NCBI GenBank assembly: GCA_039806005.1
Contig: JBDKLM010000044.1
Coordinates: 45,275-109,274, forward strand
From: Pseudomonadota bacterium
GTDB taxonomy: Bacteria > Pseudomonadota > Gammaproteobacteria > Burkholderiales > Burkholderiaceae_D
Length of the DNA: 64,000 nucleotides
Direction: 5' to 3'
This document shows positions 20,909 through 31,647 of the stretch, piece after piece; the first letter of the stretch is position 1; every line of letters starts with the position of its first letter. The notes below the pieces were generated by a model. That model saw only the letters and a program-made list of their open reading frames with translations. It ran no database searches and was not told the DNA's origin. The position numbers and the translations under genes were made by a program.

Positions 20909-21874
20909 TCAGCCGGCAGCCTCATCCTCCGCAAACAGCGACATGACCGAGTCACCTTTGCTGATGCGGCGTATGGTTTCGGCCAGCAAAGCAGCGCAAG
21001 AGAGCTGTCGGATTTTCTTGCAGCCCTTCGCTTCATCACTCAGCGGTATGGTGTCAGTCACAACCAGCTCATCGAGCGGTGATTTCGCAATCCTGTCGAT
21101 CGCCGGGCCCGACAATACCGCGTGCGTGCAGTAAGCGATGACCTTCTTGGCGCCGCGTTCTTTCAATACTTCTGCTGCCTTGGTGAGGGTGCCGGCGGTA
21201 TCGACCATGTCATCCATGATCACGCAGTTGCGTCCTTCAACTTCACCAATAATATTCATCACTTCCGACACATTCGCCTTGGGCCGACGCTTGTCAATGA
21301 TCGCCAGATCGCAATTGAGGCGTTTTGCCAGAGCTCTGGCCCGGACCACGCCGCCGACATCGGGCGACACCACCAGTAAGTCGTCGTAATGCTTTTCCAC
21401 CAAGTCCGACAGCAGGATGGGCGAAGCGTAAATGTTATCGACGGGAATATCGAAAAATCCCTGAATCTGATCCGCATGCAAATCCATGATCAGCACGCGG
21501 TCCACACCCGCTTCCTGCAGCATGTTGGCAACCACCTTCGCCGAAATCGCGACGCGTGCAGAACGCGGACGGCGATCCTGCCGCGAATAACCGTAGTACG
21601 GCAGGACAGCGGTAATTCGGCCAGCCGACGAGCGCTTGAGCGCATCCACCATCAGCATGATTTCCATCAGGTGATCATTGGTCGGTGCGCAGGTCGACTG
21701 CAGCACATAGACGTCCTTGCCGCGAACGTTCTCGTTGATTTCGACCACGATTTCGCCGTCTGAGAAACGCGATACCACCGCTTTGCCCAAAGGAATGCCG
21801 AGCTGGCGTGCCACACCATCGGCGAGCGCCGGATTGGCGTTTCCGGTAAAAACCATCAGGTTCTCTTGCGACAT
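20909..21874 (-). CDS. prs: Ribose-phosphate pyrophosphokinase
   Basis: [24 protein letters not shown] and [10 protein letters not shown]. Confidence 0.97.
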   Translation of the reverse strand: MSQENLMVFTGNANPALADGVARQLGIPLGKAVVSRFSDGEIVVEINENVRGKDVYVLQSTCAPTNDHLMEIMLMVDALKRSSAGRITAVLPYYGYSRQDRRPRSARVAISAKVVANMLQEAGVDRVLIMDLHADQIQGFFDIPVDNIYASPILLSDLVEKHYDDLLVVSPDVGGVVRARALAKRLNCDLAIIDKRRPKANVSEVMNIIGEVEGRNCVIMDDMVDTAGTLTKAAEVLKERGAKKVIAYCTHAVLSGPAIDRIAKSPLDELVVTDTIPLSDEAKGCKKIRQLSCAALLAETIRRISKGDSVMSLFAEDEAAG

Positions 21875-21906
21875 GGGATCCCTGACTACAGTCCGTTAAC
21901 AGTTTG

Positions 21907-21949
21907 AAAAGCCGCCAAGACCGGGCGCTGCTTCCGGTACTGGCGGCTT
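21907..21949 (-). terminator. Hairpin/terminator between tRNA-Gln and prs
   Basis: AAGCCGCCA/TGGCGGCTT stem with internal CCGG/CCGG pairing and a T tract on the minus strand. Confidence 0.55.
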
Positions 21950-22014
21950 CGTTGAATGTGATGGCTTATGCAAGCCCGCCTGCCGGAGCAATCCACGGCG
22001 GCAGACCAATAAAA

Positions 22015-22091
22015 TGGCAGGGGAACAAGGATTCGAACCTTGGAATGCTGGAATCAAAATCCAGTGCCTTAACCAACTTGGCGATTCCCCT
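22015..22091 (-). tRNA. tRNA-Gln(TTG)
   Basis: Minus strand AGGGGAATCGCCAAG...CTGGA-TTTTGAT-TCCAG...GGTTCGAATCC...TTCCCCTGCCA; cloverleaf with encoded CCA; usual ispE-tRNA-prs position. Confidence 0.97.
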
Positions 22092-22136
22092 ACACAACCC
22101 AGAGTCCGGCGATCATGCGCCTGGACGAATTCCTGA

Positions 22137-23000
22137 TTACGACTGCAGCAGATGGACCATCGGATGTGCTGCCAGAGAACGCGCTTTCCAGCCGCGCCAG
22201 GCGGCGGGCACTCTCTGTAGCACGGCATCTGCCTCTGATTCCGAGGCGAAGGCAGCAAATACGCAGGCGCCGGAGCCGGTCATGCGGGCCTCACCAAAGC
22301 CGGACAGCCATTCAACGGCGTCTGCAACAGGAGGGAAAGCCCGGGCGGCTACTGCTTGCAAATCGTTCTTTCCAAAGCCCAAGGGGCTCGCAGAAAAGTC
22401 CGCTATTCTGACCGCTTTGGTGTTACGTGTCAATTCGGGGGCCCTGAAGATCACGGGCGTAGGGACTGAAATTCCGGGGTGTATCACCACGAACCAGGCG
22501 GGTGGTGTGGGTACCGCCGTGAGCTGTTCGCCGATGCCCTCGACGAAGGCATTCTGCCCCAGCAGGAAGAAGGGCACATCGGCCCCAAGCTGCAAGCCCA
22601 GCGCCATCAGTTCGCTGCGGCTCAGCCCGGCCTGCCAGAGGTGATTGAGCGCGATCAGGGTGGTGGCAGCGTCTGACGACCCGCCTCCCAGCCCACCTCC
22701 CATTGGGATGCATTTTTCGATGGTGATGTTCACCCCGGGCGGTCGGCCTCCTCGCCCGGTCACTGCGTCGGCCAGAAGCCGGGCCGCGCGCACGATGAGA
22801 TCGTCGCTGCCCGGAACGTTGGGTACATCCGTCACGCGCAAGATGACCTCATCATCACGCAGATCAAAATGCAGCACATCCGCCAGATCAATCAGCTGAA
22901 ATACGGATTGCAGCAAGTGATACCCATCCTCCCGCCGGCCGACGACATGCAGGAACAGATTGAGCTTGGCGGGTGCGCGACAGTCGTGCAGATGCTTCAT
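22137..23000 (-). CDS. ispE: 4-diphosphocytidyl-2-C-methyl-D-erythritol kinase
   Basis: [22 protein letters not shown] and MTGSG. Confidence 0.97.
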   Translation of the reverse strand: MKHLHDCRAPAKLNLFLHVVGRREDGYHLLQSVFQLIDLADVLHFDLRDDEVILRVTDVPNVPGSDDLIVRAARLLADAVTGRGGRPPGVNITIEKCIPMGGGLGGGSSDAATTLIALNHLWQAGLSRSELMALGLQLGADVPFFLLGQNAFVEGIGEQLTAVPTPPAWFVVIHPGISVPTPVIFRAPELTRNTKAVRIADFSASPLGFGKNDLQAVAARAFPPVADAVEWLSGFGEARMTGSGACVFAAFASESEADAVLQRVPAAWRGWKARSLAAHPMVHLLQS

Positions 23001-23004
23001 GTTG

Positions 23005-23583
23005 CTAGCGGTCGTTCCAGTCGTCGATCACGAGCCGCAGCACGATATCGCCTGCTTCGGCAGTAGTGCGCTCCATATCGAAGCGCTTGGGATACTGAAT
23101 GCTGGCATTACGCTGCCAGCTCACATAACGCACGCGCCAGCCATCGCTTTGAAAACTGTGCATGCCTTCCGGTGAGGCTGTTTGCAATTTGCCTTCCGCG
23201 TTTTGCACGAAGCCTTGCAGCCAGTAGCGCAGGCCATCTACGGGCATGGGCCAGCCAAGCACCTCTTGCGTCAGTGCAGTCACATTCGGTGCTTGTTTTT
23301 TTTCGCCATCGGATTGCGCCATTACCGCGAGCCCCGGTGTAATTGCGATGGTCGCAATCGTCTGGCCCAAGGGCGAGTACAGCGTGATGTCGGTTTGCTC
23401 ACCCTGCTGTTGCCAGCGGAACTTGCCTTGCAGCGATTGAGGCTTGCCATTCTGGTGGTAACGCACCGAAAGTCGGCCACCCACCGCGATCGCACTCTGG
23501 TAGTTGCGCTCGCTGAGTGGGCCCTCGGGCAATGTCGTGCAAGCGGTCAGGCAAACACAAGCCAGAAGAAAGAGTCGCCGCAT
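23005..23583 (-). CDS. lolB: Outer-membrane lipoprotein insertase LolB
   Basis: Lipobox LTAC; SPLGQT; [16 protein letters not shown]. Confidence 0.9.
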   Translation of the reverse strand: MRRLFLLACVCLTACTTLPEGPLSERNYQSAIAVGGRLSVRYHQNGKPQSLQGKFRWQQQGEQTDITLYSPLGQTIATIAITPGLAVMAQSDGEKKQAPNVTALTQEVLGWPMPVDGLRYWLQGFVQNAEGKLQTASPEGMHSFQSDGWRVRYVSWQRNASIQYPKRFDMERTTAEAGDIVLRLVIDDWNDR

Positions 23584-23594
23584 CTGAGGAATAT

Positions 23595-25313
23595 TTACAG
23601 CTTCACCTGGAATCTTTCCAGCGTGCCTTTCAATGACTCATTCTTCGGATCCTTGCCGCTGGCAAAGCGCCAGAGTTTTTTTGCTTCGTCTTCGCGACCG
23701 AGCAACCACAGGACTTCACCCAGATGAACTGCAATTTCCGGATCGGGCCGCAGTCCATAGGCACGACGCAAAAGCTCTTCTGCTTTTTCAAGTCGGCCCA
23801 AACGGAATTCCACCCACCCCATGCTGTCCATGATGAAGGCATCGTCCGGTGCGAGCGTCAGTGCGACCTTGATCAGGTCATAGGCTTCGGGCAGACGTAT
23901 GTTGCGTTCCGCGAAAGAGTACCCCAGCGCGTTATAGGCTTGCGGATTACTGGGCGCAATCTGGATGATTCTGCGCAGCGCCTTTTCCATTGCGTCGAAC
24001 TCGCGGTTTTTTTCGACCAGCATCGCGAATTCGTACAACAGATCGATGTTGTCTGGCAGGCTCTCGAGCGCATCCTCAATGACTTTGATGGCCTCGGGCA
24101 AACGACCGGCGTCGCGCAGAATCTGCGCATCAGCGATAGTGAGTCTGACACGGTCGTCATCGCTGTCGGCCTCGGCTTCTGCCAGCAGTTGACGGCCAGC
24201 GTCGATCTTGCCCGCTTTTGACTGCAGTTGCGCGCGCTTGAGAACTGCGGTGACCGAACCTTGGTGAGTCAGTGTGTCCGCCATTTCCAGCCATTTCAGT
24301 GCGCCGGCCAGATCGTTACGATCTTCAGCAATCTGAGCGAGCACCATCAAGGCCTGCGTTGCATCGCGCTCGCGGTCGGGTTGGCCGCCGAGTGTGTTGA
24401 TATACGCGGCCAGATATTTCTCGGCATCCGCGAGTTCATTGGCCTGAACCGACAGCAGACCGAGCGCAAACAACGCTGTCTGATCATCTTTTTTCTGGTC
24501 GATCAGAAACTTGAATTCTTTTTTCGCTTCGGCCACTTTCGATTGCTCGTAGAGCATACGAGCATGGGCCAGACGGACTTCGCGGGCTTTGGGATTTTTT
24601 TGCAGGAATTCGCTCAGTACACGGGCGGCTTCAGTCTTGTCCTCGACAATCTGGGCCAGCACCAGCACTGCGACTTCCGATTTTGGAAATTTCGTGACAG
24701 CTTCGCGTGCTTCGCGCAGCGCGCCGGCCCGATCGCCAGATACCATCGAAAATTGCGCAATCGCCAGACGTGCATCCACCGACTCGCGATAAGGGTCCAG
24801 CAACTCGCGCAGCAAAATAACCGCTTTCGGTTTGTCGGACATGCGCGAAAGATTGCGCTGCACTGTCCCTATCACCGTCGGCAACTGCTCCGGGGTGCTA
24901 GCTGCGAGTTGCTGTGCCAGCGCCTGTTTGGCTTCATCGACGCGATTGTTCGACAGCTGAAGGCTTAACAAGACCTGAAAGGCTTCGTCCGAGCGCGGGG
25001 CCAGCTCGTGCCACAACTTGGCTCCCTTGAGTGCATCGGTCGCACTTGACGCTGCAATCGCCATTTCGGTTGCGCGGCGTGCCAGCCGCGGATCGCCGCT
25101 GGACCGCGCCAGCGCCATCATCGCTTGATACGCACCGGCAGTCTGACCACGCTGAAAAGCCAGTTCGGCCGACAGGTACTTGAGCATCAGATCTTCGGAA
25201 AGCTGAATCAGTGGCAAGCCATCAGCATTCACGGGTGTATCGGGGGCCGCTTGCGCGATGGTGCCCGAGGCAAGCAATGTCGAGAGCGTTAAAATGGCAG
25301 CAAAATTTTTCAA
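23595..25313 (-). CDS. Exported tetratricopeptide repeat protein
   Basis: TPR repeats; AYNALGYSFA and DSMGW motifs; conserved position before lolB. Start is uncertain (TTG at 25313 chosen for its signal-peptide-like N-terminus). Confidence 0.85.
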   Translation of the reverse strand: MKNFAAILTLSTLLASGTIAQAAPDTPVNADGLPLIQLSEDLMLKYLSAELAFQRGQTAGAYQAMMALARSSGDPRLARRATEMAIAASSATDALKGAKLWHELAPRSDEAFQVLLSLQLSNNRVDEAKQALAQQLAASTPEQLPTVIGTVQRNLSRMSDKPKAVILLRELLDPYRESVDARLAIAQFSMVSGDRAGALREAREAVTKFPKSEVAVLVLAQIVEDKTEAARVLSEFLQKNPKAREVRLAHARMLYEQSKVAEAKKEFKFLIDQKKDDQTALFALGLLSVQANELADAEKYLAAYINTLGGQPDRERDATQALMVLAQIAEDRNDLAGALKWLEMADTLTHQGSVTAVLKRAQLQSKAGKIDAGRQLLAEAEADSDDDRVRLTIADAQILRDAGRLPEAIKVIEDALESLPDNIDLLYEFAMLVEKNREFDAMEKALRRIIQIAPSNPQAYNALGYSFAERNIRLPEAYDLIKVALTLAPDDAFIMDSMGWVEFRLGRLEKAEELLRRAYGLRPDPEIAVHLGEVLWLLGREDEAKKLWRFASGKDPKNESLKGTLERFQVKL

Positions 25314-25470
25314 GGCACGATCCTGTGGGTTGCCCGCGGGAGCCTGATGCGGGACATCGATTTTACGACGAAAGTAAAAACTGCCGCGTCGGTCTGAAAC
25401 TGTGTATCTGACAATCTCACGCACCGCTCGCCAGAACGGCGAGTCGTACGCAAAAAGGCAATAAACGCCG

Positions 25471-26292
25471 ATGCCAGAATTACCCGAAGTCGAAGTCACC
25501 CGTCGCGGCATCGCACCTTTCCTGGAGGGTCGCTCGGTCACCGGCGTGGTTCAGCGTCGCAGTGGTTTGCGCTGGCCTTTTCCCGTCGGCCTCGACCGGC
25601 TGCTCACGGGTCAGCGAGTCATATCGACAGGCCGCCGCGGCAAATATCTCCTGATCCACTTCGCGCACGGCACTTTGATCATCCATCTGGGCATGTCCGG
25701 GCATTTGCGCATGCTGCCGGCCGATCATCCGCCGCAAAAGCATGATCATTTCGATCTGCTCTTGGGTGAGCAACTCATGCGTCTGACTGATCCGCGCCGC
25801 TTCGGTGCCGTGCTCTGGCATGCGCAATCGGAAGGAGATATCGAGTCCCACGTCTTGCTGCGCAGCCTGGGCGTTGAGCCGCTCAATTCTGAGAATCTGG
25901 CTGTGCTACTGCATCGCCACACGCGCGGTCGCAGCGCGGCGATCAAACAGGTGCTGCTGGCCGGCGATATCGTGGTCGGGGTCGGCAATATCTATGCATG
26001 CGAAAGTCTGTTCGAAGCCGGTATTCATCCGAACACGGCAGCGCGACGCATTTCACTCGCGCGCTATGAAAAGCTGGCTATCGCCATTCGTCGGGTACTC
26101 GCCGCGGCCATCGAGCAAGGTGGCAGCTCGCTGCGCGATTTCATTGGCGCCGATGGTCAGTCGGGCTATTTTCAGCAGAACTATTTTGTCTACGATCGCG
26201 AAGGCGAAGCTTGCCGGCATTGCGATACGCCGGTACGACGGATTGTGCAGGGTCAGCGCTCCACGTTTTACTGTGGACGCTGTCAGCGCTAG
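25471..26292 (+). CDS. mutM: Formamidopyrimidine-DNA glycosylase
   Basis: [21 protein letters not shown] and C-terminal zinc finger. Confidence 0.97.
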   Translation: MPELPEVEVTRRGIAPFLEGRSVTGVVQRRSGLRWPFPVGLDRLLTGQRVISTGRRGKYLLIHFAHGTLIIHLGMSGHLRMLPADHPPQKHDHFDLLLGEQLMRLTDPRRFGAVLWHAQSEGDIESHVLLRSLGVEPLNSENLAVLLHRHTRGRSAAIKQVLLAGDIVVGVGNIYACESLFEAGIHPNTAARRISLARYEKLAIAIRRVLAAAIEQGGSSLRDFIGADGQSGYFQQNYFVYDREGEACRHCDTPVRRIVQGQRSTFYCGRCQR

Positions 26293-26306
26293 AGGACACG
26301 ACCGTC

Positions 26307-27413
26307 ATGAAACGTATCGTCAAAAAAACTGTTCCACATGAGACTCGCTTTGCTGAAGTGCTGATCGTTTGGCAAAAGCAGCACGGCCGCCATCAGCTGC
26401 CATGGCAGCGTACTCGTGATGCGTATCGCATCTGGCTCTCCGAAATCATGCTGCAGCAAACGCAGGTGGCTACGGTGATTCCGTATTACGCGCGTTTCCT
26501 CGAGCGGTTTCCCGATGTTGCCGCATTGGCGTCTGCGCCGACAGAGGAGGTGATGGCGCACTGGAGTGGTCTCGGTTACTACACTCGCGCGCGCAATCTG
26601 CATCGTTGCGCGCAGCAGATCGTTGCGCATCATGCCGGCAGGTTTCCGTCCGATCCCGAGACGCTCGCGTCGCTTCCTGGTATTGGCAAATCAACTGCTG
26701 CGGCGATTGCTGCCTTCGCCTATGGTGCGCGAGCGGCCATCCTGGATGGCAACGTCAAGCGGGTGTTTTGCCGGGTATTCGGCATTGAAGGATTTCCCGG
26801 TCAAGTCGCAGTCGAGCGTGACTTGTGGCAGCGCGCCGAGGCACTGCTGCCAGAGGGAGACATTGAAGCCTACACACAAGGTTTGATGGACCTCGGCGCG
26901 ACCCTGTGCACGCGCACGAGGCCTGCCTGTGATCGCTGTCCGATGCAATCACGCTGCATGGCCCATTCGTCGGGCCGCACCTCAGAACTGCCTGCCAGAA
27001 AGCCCAAAAAAGCGATACCGGAAAAATCCACGGTGATGCTGGTTGTCGTGCATAAGGGCGAGATCCTGATGGAACAGCGTCCTCCCAAAGGTGTCTGGGG
27101 AGGCTTGTTGTCACTGCCCGAACTCAATCGCCTGTCATCGGGAAATCCGGATGTCGATTTGCATGAACAGCTTGCACTGGCCTTGTCATCGTTTGGCGAT
27201 ATCGATGACATCGCGGTGATGAATGGCTTTGTACACGGCTTCACGCATTACCGGCTCTCTGTGATGCCTGTGCATGTCAACTTGCGAGAACGCCATTTGA
27301 TGGCAGCGCAGTCGGATTATCAGTGGCGCCCGCTGGCGCAAATCGATGAAGCTGCATTACCCTCACCCGTGCGCAAGTTGCTGGCGACATTCACTGCGAC
27401 GACGCTCATTTGA
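26307..27413 (+). CDS. mutY: A/G-specific adenine glycosylase
   Basis: SEIMLQQTQV, GLGYY, LPGIG, LDGNV; Fe-S loop C..TRPAC..CP....C. Confidence 0.96.
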   Translation: MKRIVKKTVPHETRFAEVLIVWQKQHGRHQLPWQRTRDAYRIWLSEIMLQQTQVATVIPYYARFLERFPDVAALASAPTEEVMAHWSGLGYYTRARNLHRCAQQIVAHHAGRFPSDPETLASLPGIGKSTAAAIAAFAYGARAAILDGNVKRVFCRVFGIEGFPGQVAVERDLWQRAEALLPEGDIEAYTQGLMDLGATLCTRTRPACDRCPMQSRCMAHSSGRTSELPARKPKKAIPEKSTVMLVVVHKGEILMEQRPPKGVWGGLLSLPELNRLSSGNPDVDLHEQLALALSSFGDIDDIAVMNGFVHGFTHYRLSVMPVHVNLRERHLMAAQSDYQWRPLAQIDEAALPSPVRKLLATFTATTLI

Positions 27414-27426
27414 TTGACGCCCTCGG

Positions 27427-28059
27427 CTACAACACGCCGTTCTGCTGCAGATAAGCTTCTACCCGCAGGATGCGCTCAGCATCATCGGTGATTTCCAGCA
27501 GCGACTGCTTCTCGTCATGCTCGATAGGCAGCATTTCGCACCAGCGGTTTGCCACCCATCCGGCATGGTCAAGCTGATGGGGTTCAGGAAAGGGATTGAC
27601 GAAGCCGCTGCCGGCTTCTGCCGTTGCACGCGTCAGCAGTTCGTCCATCACGACGCGCAGTACGCGGCTGCAGACAGCCAGAGCGTCCTTGCTATGGTCA
27701 GCGGGAGTTGTGTCGTCGGAGAGCAGCACTTCGGTGCGTGCTTCGAGCAGCTGATTGTTTTGCACTCGGGTTTCGAGGATGCGAAAGCGCGAACCGCCCC
27801 GCGTTTGCAGCAGCAAGACGCCCAGTTCAGGCATATCCCACTCGACGATATGCGCATGCGTGCCGACCGAATATGGTTCAGCGGCCATGCCGACTTCGGC
27901 GCCACTGCGAATTGCGACCACACCGAAGGGCGTGTCGGTTTTCATGCATGCGCGCACCATGTCCACATAGCGCGTTTCGAATACACGCAGGGGCAGCACG
28001 CCGCCCGGAAACAGCACGGTTTTCAGAGGGAAAAGCGGTAACCACGCCGTATCACTCAT
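27427..28059 (-). CDS. Lon peptidase substrate-binding (LON/PUA-like) domain protein
   Basis: LPLFPL..VLFPGG.LPLRVFETRY; no AAA or protease domain. Confidence 0.88.
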   Translation of the reverse strand: MSDTAWLPLFPLKTVLFPGGVLPLRVFETRYVDMVRACMKTDTPFGVVAIRSGAEVGMAAEPYSVGTHAHIVEWDMPELGVLLLQTRGGSRFRILETRVQNNQLLEARTEVLLSDDTTPADHSKDALAVCSRVLRVVMDELLTRATAEAGSGFVNPFPEPHQLDHAGWVANRWCEMLPIEHDEKQSLLEITDDAERILRVEAYLQQNGVL

Positions 28060-28079
28060 TTCGAACTCACTGTTTGGTG

Positions 28080-28955
28080 TTACTGACCCAGCTCACGGTG
28101 ACGTACCAGCACGCGAGCCCGATCACGGAAATGTGTGGCCAGCTGTTCCACCATGAACACCGAGCGATGCTGACCACCCGTACAGCCTATCGCGACCGTC
28201 AGATAGCTGCGGTTATCGCGTTCGAAAGCGGGCAGCCATTTTTCGACGAAGGATTGAATGTCCGTCATCAGGTGCATCGCATCTGGCTGGGCTTGGAGGA
28301 AATCGATGACGGGCTGATCGCGGCCCGTCAGCGGACGCAACTGCTTGTCATAAAACGGATTGGGTACCACGCGCACATCAAAGACCAGATCGGCATCGAG
28401 TGGCACGCCGAATTTGAAAGCAAAAGATTCGAACAGCAGCGACAGGGACTGGCCCTGATCCGTTTGCAGCAAGTCGCGTATCCACTGTCGCAGCTGATTC
28501 GCCGACAAGCCGGAGGTATCGATCTGATGTCCGATGCCTTCGACACTCGACAACATTTCGCGTTCCTGCCGGATGCATTCCATCAGCGTCGGCATGTCGG
28601 CTGGCTGGCCATGGGGGGCAATGCGGTGCGATAGCGGATGGCTGCGGCGTGTTTCGGAGAAGCGATTGATCAGCGACTCGGTTTTGGCAGTCAGAAAAAT
28701 CACGTCCACGTGATGTCCCTGCTCCTTGAGCCAAAGTACATCAGCGGGCAGATCGGTCAGAGATGAAGCACTGCGCGCATCGACTGCAACGGCCAGATTT
28801 TGCGCGCCCTCGCTCATTCGAGTAGCCACTAGCGACCGCAGCAAGGAGGGTGGCAGATTGTCGACACAAAAATAACCCGTGTCTTCGAGGGCGTTGAGGC
28901 CAACGGATTTACCCGAGCCCGAGATACCGGTGAGGAGGACGATGCGCATCACCAC
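28080..28955 (-). CDS. rapZ: RNase adapter RapZ (YhbJ)
   Basis: [19 protein letters not shown] and [10 protein letters not shown]. Confidence 0.95.
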   Translation of the reverse strand: MVMRIVLLTGISGSGKSVGLNALEDTGYFCVDNLPPSLLRSLVATRMSEGAQNLAVAVDARSASSLTDLPADVLWLKEQGHHVDVIFLTAKTESLINRFSETRRSHPLSHRIAPHGQPADMPTLMECIRQEREMLSSVEGIGHQIDTSGLSANQLRQWIRDLLQTDQGQSLSLLFESFAFKFGVPLDADLVFDVRVVPNPFYDKQLRPLTGRDQPVIDFLQAQPDAMHLMTDIQSFVEKWLPAFERDNRSYLTVAIGCTGGQHRSVFMVEQLATHFRDRARVLVRHRELGQ

Positions 28956-29020
28956 ATGATAGCGGCTTCGGCGCCGTACGGCGTGGAAAGGGTGTGCTGC
29001 CTGTTAGACGCGACGGGTGC

Positions 29021-29971
29021 TCACTCAGGCACTTGATCGCCGCCCATGGCTTGCTGCTGTCGGTCCATGAATTCGGCCAGCGTGTCGATGCCGCGCATCT
29101 GCAGGATGGTATTGCGCACGGCAGCTTCGAGCAGCACCGCGATATTTCGGCCTGCCTCCACCGGGATTACCACTTTGCGTATCGGCAGGCCCAGGACTTC
29201 CTGTGTTTGCTGGTCCAGTGGCAGACGCTCGTAGTTTTCTTCCAGTGTCTTGCGACGTACCAGGTGCACGATGAGTTTCAGACGCATCTTGCGGCGCACT
29301 GCAGTCTCGCCAAAAATCGTCCGGATATCCAGCAGGCCGAGGCCGCGCACTTCCAGCAGGTTTTGCAGCAGTGCCGGACAACGACCTTCGATCATGTTCG
29401 GCGCAATGCGCGAGAACTCCACAGCATCATCAGCAATCAGGCCATGGTTACGTGAAATCAGTTCCAGTCCCAGCTCGCTTTTGCCCAATCCGGATTCACC
29501 CGTGATCAGCACACCCACACCGAGCACATCCATGAAGACGCCGTGCATGGTCACGCGTATCGCCAGCTTTTTGGACAGATACACGCGCAGGTAATCAATT
29601 ACCTGCGCTGCTGGCAGCGAGGTGGTGAGGAGCGGAATATTTTTCTCGTTGCAGACGCTGACAACCTGCGGATGGGCAGGCAGCGATTGCGCGATGATGA
29701 AGGCTGGCGGCTCTCCGGCGACAAGCTCGCGCGTTTGTGCTGTACGACTGTTATCGGAGATGCGCAGCAGGTAATCGACTTCCTGTTGTCCGAACACCTG
29801 AATGCGACCGGGGTGAATCAGATTCAGGTGACCGACCTGATCGGCCGCTGAGGCTGCGTCGCCAAAAATAAGACGATGTCTGCCGTTTTGCCCCGCCAGC
29901 CAGTTCAGCTTCAGTGCTCTGAGGTTGTCCTCATAAAGTTGCTGAATCGACAGAGGTGTGGTGAGTGGCAT
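29021..29971 (-). CDS. hprK: HPr kinase/phosphorylase
   Basis: [22 protein letters not shown] and LEVRGLG. Confidence 0.95.
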   Translation of the reverse strand: MPLTTPLSIQQLYEDNLRALKLNWLAGQNGRHRLIFGDAASAADQVGHLNLIHPGRIQVFGQQEVDYLLRISDNSRTAQTRELVAGEPPAFIIAQSLPAHPQVVSVCNEKNIPLLTTSLPAAQVIDYLRVYLSKKLAIRVTMHGVFMDVLGVGVLITGESGLGKSELGLELISRNHGLIADDAVEFSRIAPNMIEGRCPALLQNLLEVRGLGLLDIRTIFGETAVRRKMRLKLIVHLVRRKTLEENYERLPLDQQTQEVLGLPIRKVVIPVEAGRNIAVLLEAAVRNTILQMRGIDTLAEFMDRQQQAMGGDQVPE

Positions 29972-29987
29972 TATCGAAGCGCTGGCC

Positions 29988-30461
29988 TCAGGCGACGTTG
30001 CGCTCGGCAGGCTGCCAGCTCACAAGTCGAGTGTGCAGCGACTTGGCATCCGCGTCTTCGCTCATTGCGCTTCTGAAGTTTTTATCGGAAAACATTTCGG
30101 CGATTTCCGAGAGAATTTCGAGGTGCTGCTGGGTGACATTGTCCGGAATCAGCAGAAAGATCAGCAGTTTGACTGGTTCACCATCCGGCGATTCGAAGGG
30201 TATGGGGTCCGACAGTCGGACAAAAGCAGCCAGTGGCGCTTTCAGGCCCCGTATGCGGCCATGCGGTACAGCGACGCCCTGTCCGAGGCCCGTGGAGCCC
30301 AAGCGCTCGCGTGCAAACAGGTTATCTGAAACGGTGGAGCGGGCGATCCCGCAGTTGTTCTCGAAAATCAGGCCGGCCTGCTCGAATGCCCGCTTTTTGC
30401 TGGAGCACTCCAGGTCGAGGACCACATTGGTTTCCGGGAGAATCTGGCTGAAATGAGTCAT
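29988..30461 (-). CDS. ptsN: PTS IIA(Ntr) protein
   Basis: [19 protein letters not shown] and [10 protein letters not shown]. Confidence 0.95.
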   Translation of the reverse strand: MTHFSQILPETNVVLDLECSSKKRAFEQAGLIFENNCGIARSTVSDNLFARERLGSTGLGQGVAVPHGRIRGLKAPLAAFVRLSDPIPFESPDGEPVKLLIFLLIPDNVTQQHLEILSEIAEMFSDKNFRSAMSEDADAKSLHTRLVSWQPAERNVA

Positions 30462-30741
30462 GACGCATCGCACTTAAAACAATCGCCCCGAATTATAGGT
30501 GACTTCCCGGGGCATCTGGGGTCGGTTTGCCAGCCCTGTTTTCCCTCGGAGGGAAGACGGGTCGCGAAGGTCGTTTCATTCATTGAGCGGCTTTCGCGAT
30601 ACCGTTGCTGAGCATTGCCCGGGCGCCAAATCTATACCTGTCAGCCTGCCTTGGCAATCGCTTTTCGAAAAACCGTTGCTTTGCGTGGCAAGCCTGAAAT
30701 GAGTGCATTTTTGGTGCATGTCCGGACGGGTGGCGGTCGCT

Positions 30742-31581
30742 TCATTGCCTTGCATTTCGTGCATTAAGTGGCATTTTTGATAGCGAAAAATTACTGCGCC
30801 ATGGATTGATGTCAATCCCGCCTCGACGGGTGTATCGCGCCAGCACCATCAGCTTGGTCGGCTTGCATGCCCTTAAGACGTCCACGAAAATTCGCTCGAC
30901 ACAGTGCTCGTGAAATTCCTGATGCTGGCGAAATCCGATCAGGTAGTTCAGCAAAGCCGCCTGGTCTATCGCGGGTCCTGCATAGCGGATTTGCACACTC
31001 GCCCAGTCCGGCTGGTTGGTGACCGGGCAATTTGATTTGAGCAAATGCGACACCAACGTCTCCTGAACGGGAGGCGCCTCGGGATTTGCCTTGAGCAGTG
31101 CGGGATTGGGTTGATACGCATCTACCTCGATATCGAGACGATCGAGCAGCAACCCCTCAAGCTCACCCATCAGTGTCTGACCAAATGATTCGCTCGTACC
31201 GAGCAGAACTTGCACCGGCGCGCCGAAGGCGGCAGACAGATCCGCTTGCAGCAAGGACTGCACCGCATCTGCACCGGCCATGCGTAACTGATTCAGTGAA
31301 TTCATGTACAGCTTCATCGATTTTGATTCGACGATGTTCGGCGAATCCGCCGGTACCTGCAGCGTTGCTATGCCCACCTGCGGCTTGCCGCGCAGGTTAA
31401 GCCAGGACATTTCGTAAGCATTCCAGGTGTCCATGCCAAAAAACGGCAGCGTGCCGGTGATGCCCAGTGTTGCACGCTGCTCGGCGCGTGGTATTGCGAA
31501 CAGCAGTGCGGGATCGTAATCATCAGGATAGGCAGCGGTCTGGCCCAGTGGCGGCTGCGCGGGTGATTGATTGTTACTCAT
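30742..31581 (-). CDS. queF: NADPH-dependent 7-cyano-7-deazaguanine reductase (bimodular QueF)
   Basis: [29 protein letters not shown] and [11 protein letters not shown]. Confidence 0.95.
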   Translation of the reverse strand: MSNNQSPAQPPLGQTAAYPDDYDPALLFAIPRAEQRATLGITGTLPFFGMDTWNAYEMSWLNLRGKPQVGIATLQVPADSPNIVESKSMKLYMNSLNQLRMAGADAVQSLLQADLSAAFGAPVQVLLGTSESFGQTLMGELEGLLLDRLDIEVDAYQPNPALLKANPEAPPVQETLVSHLLKSNCPVTNQPDWASVQIRYAGPAIDQAALLNYLIGFRQHQEFHEHCVERIFVDVLRACKPTKLMVLARYTRRGGIDINPWRSNFSLSKMPLNARNARQ

Positions 31582-31647
31582 GGAGTCTCGGTAGTTGAAA
31601 TGACGAAGGCCTGTCACGGGCACTCCGTTACTGATCTGGTATGCAGC

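Noticed and set aside
30640-30670. Sigma-54-like TGGCA motif in the ptsN-queF spacer
   Set aside because: The -12 TTGC is absent, and it points toward the 3' end of queF rather than a gene start.
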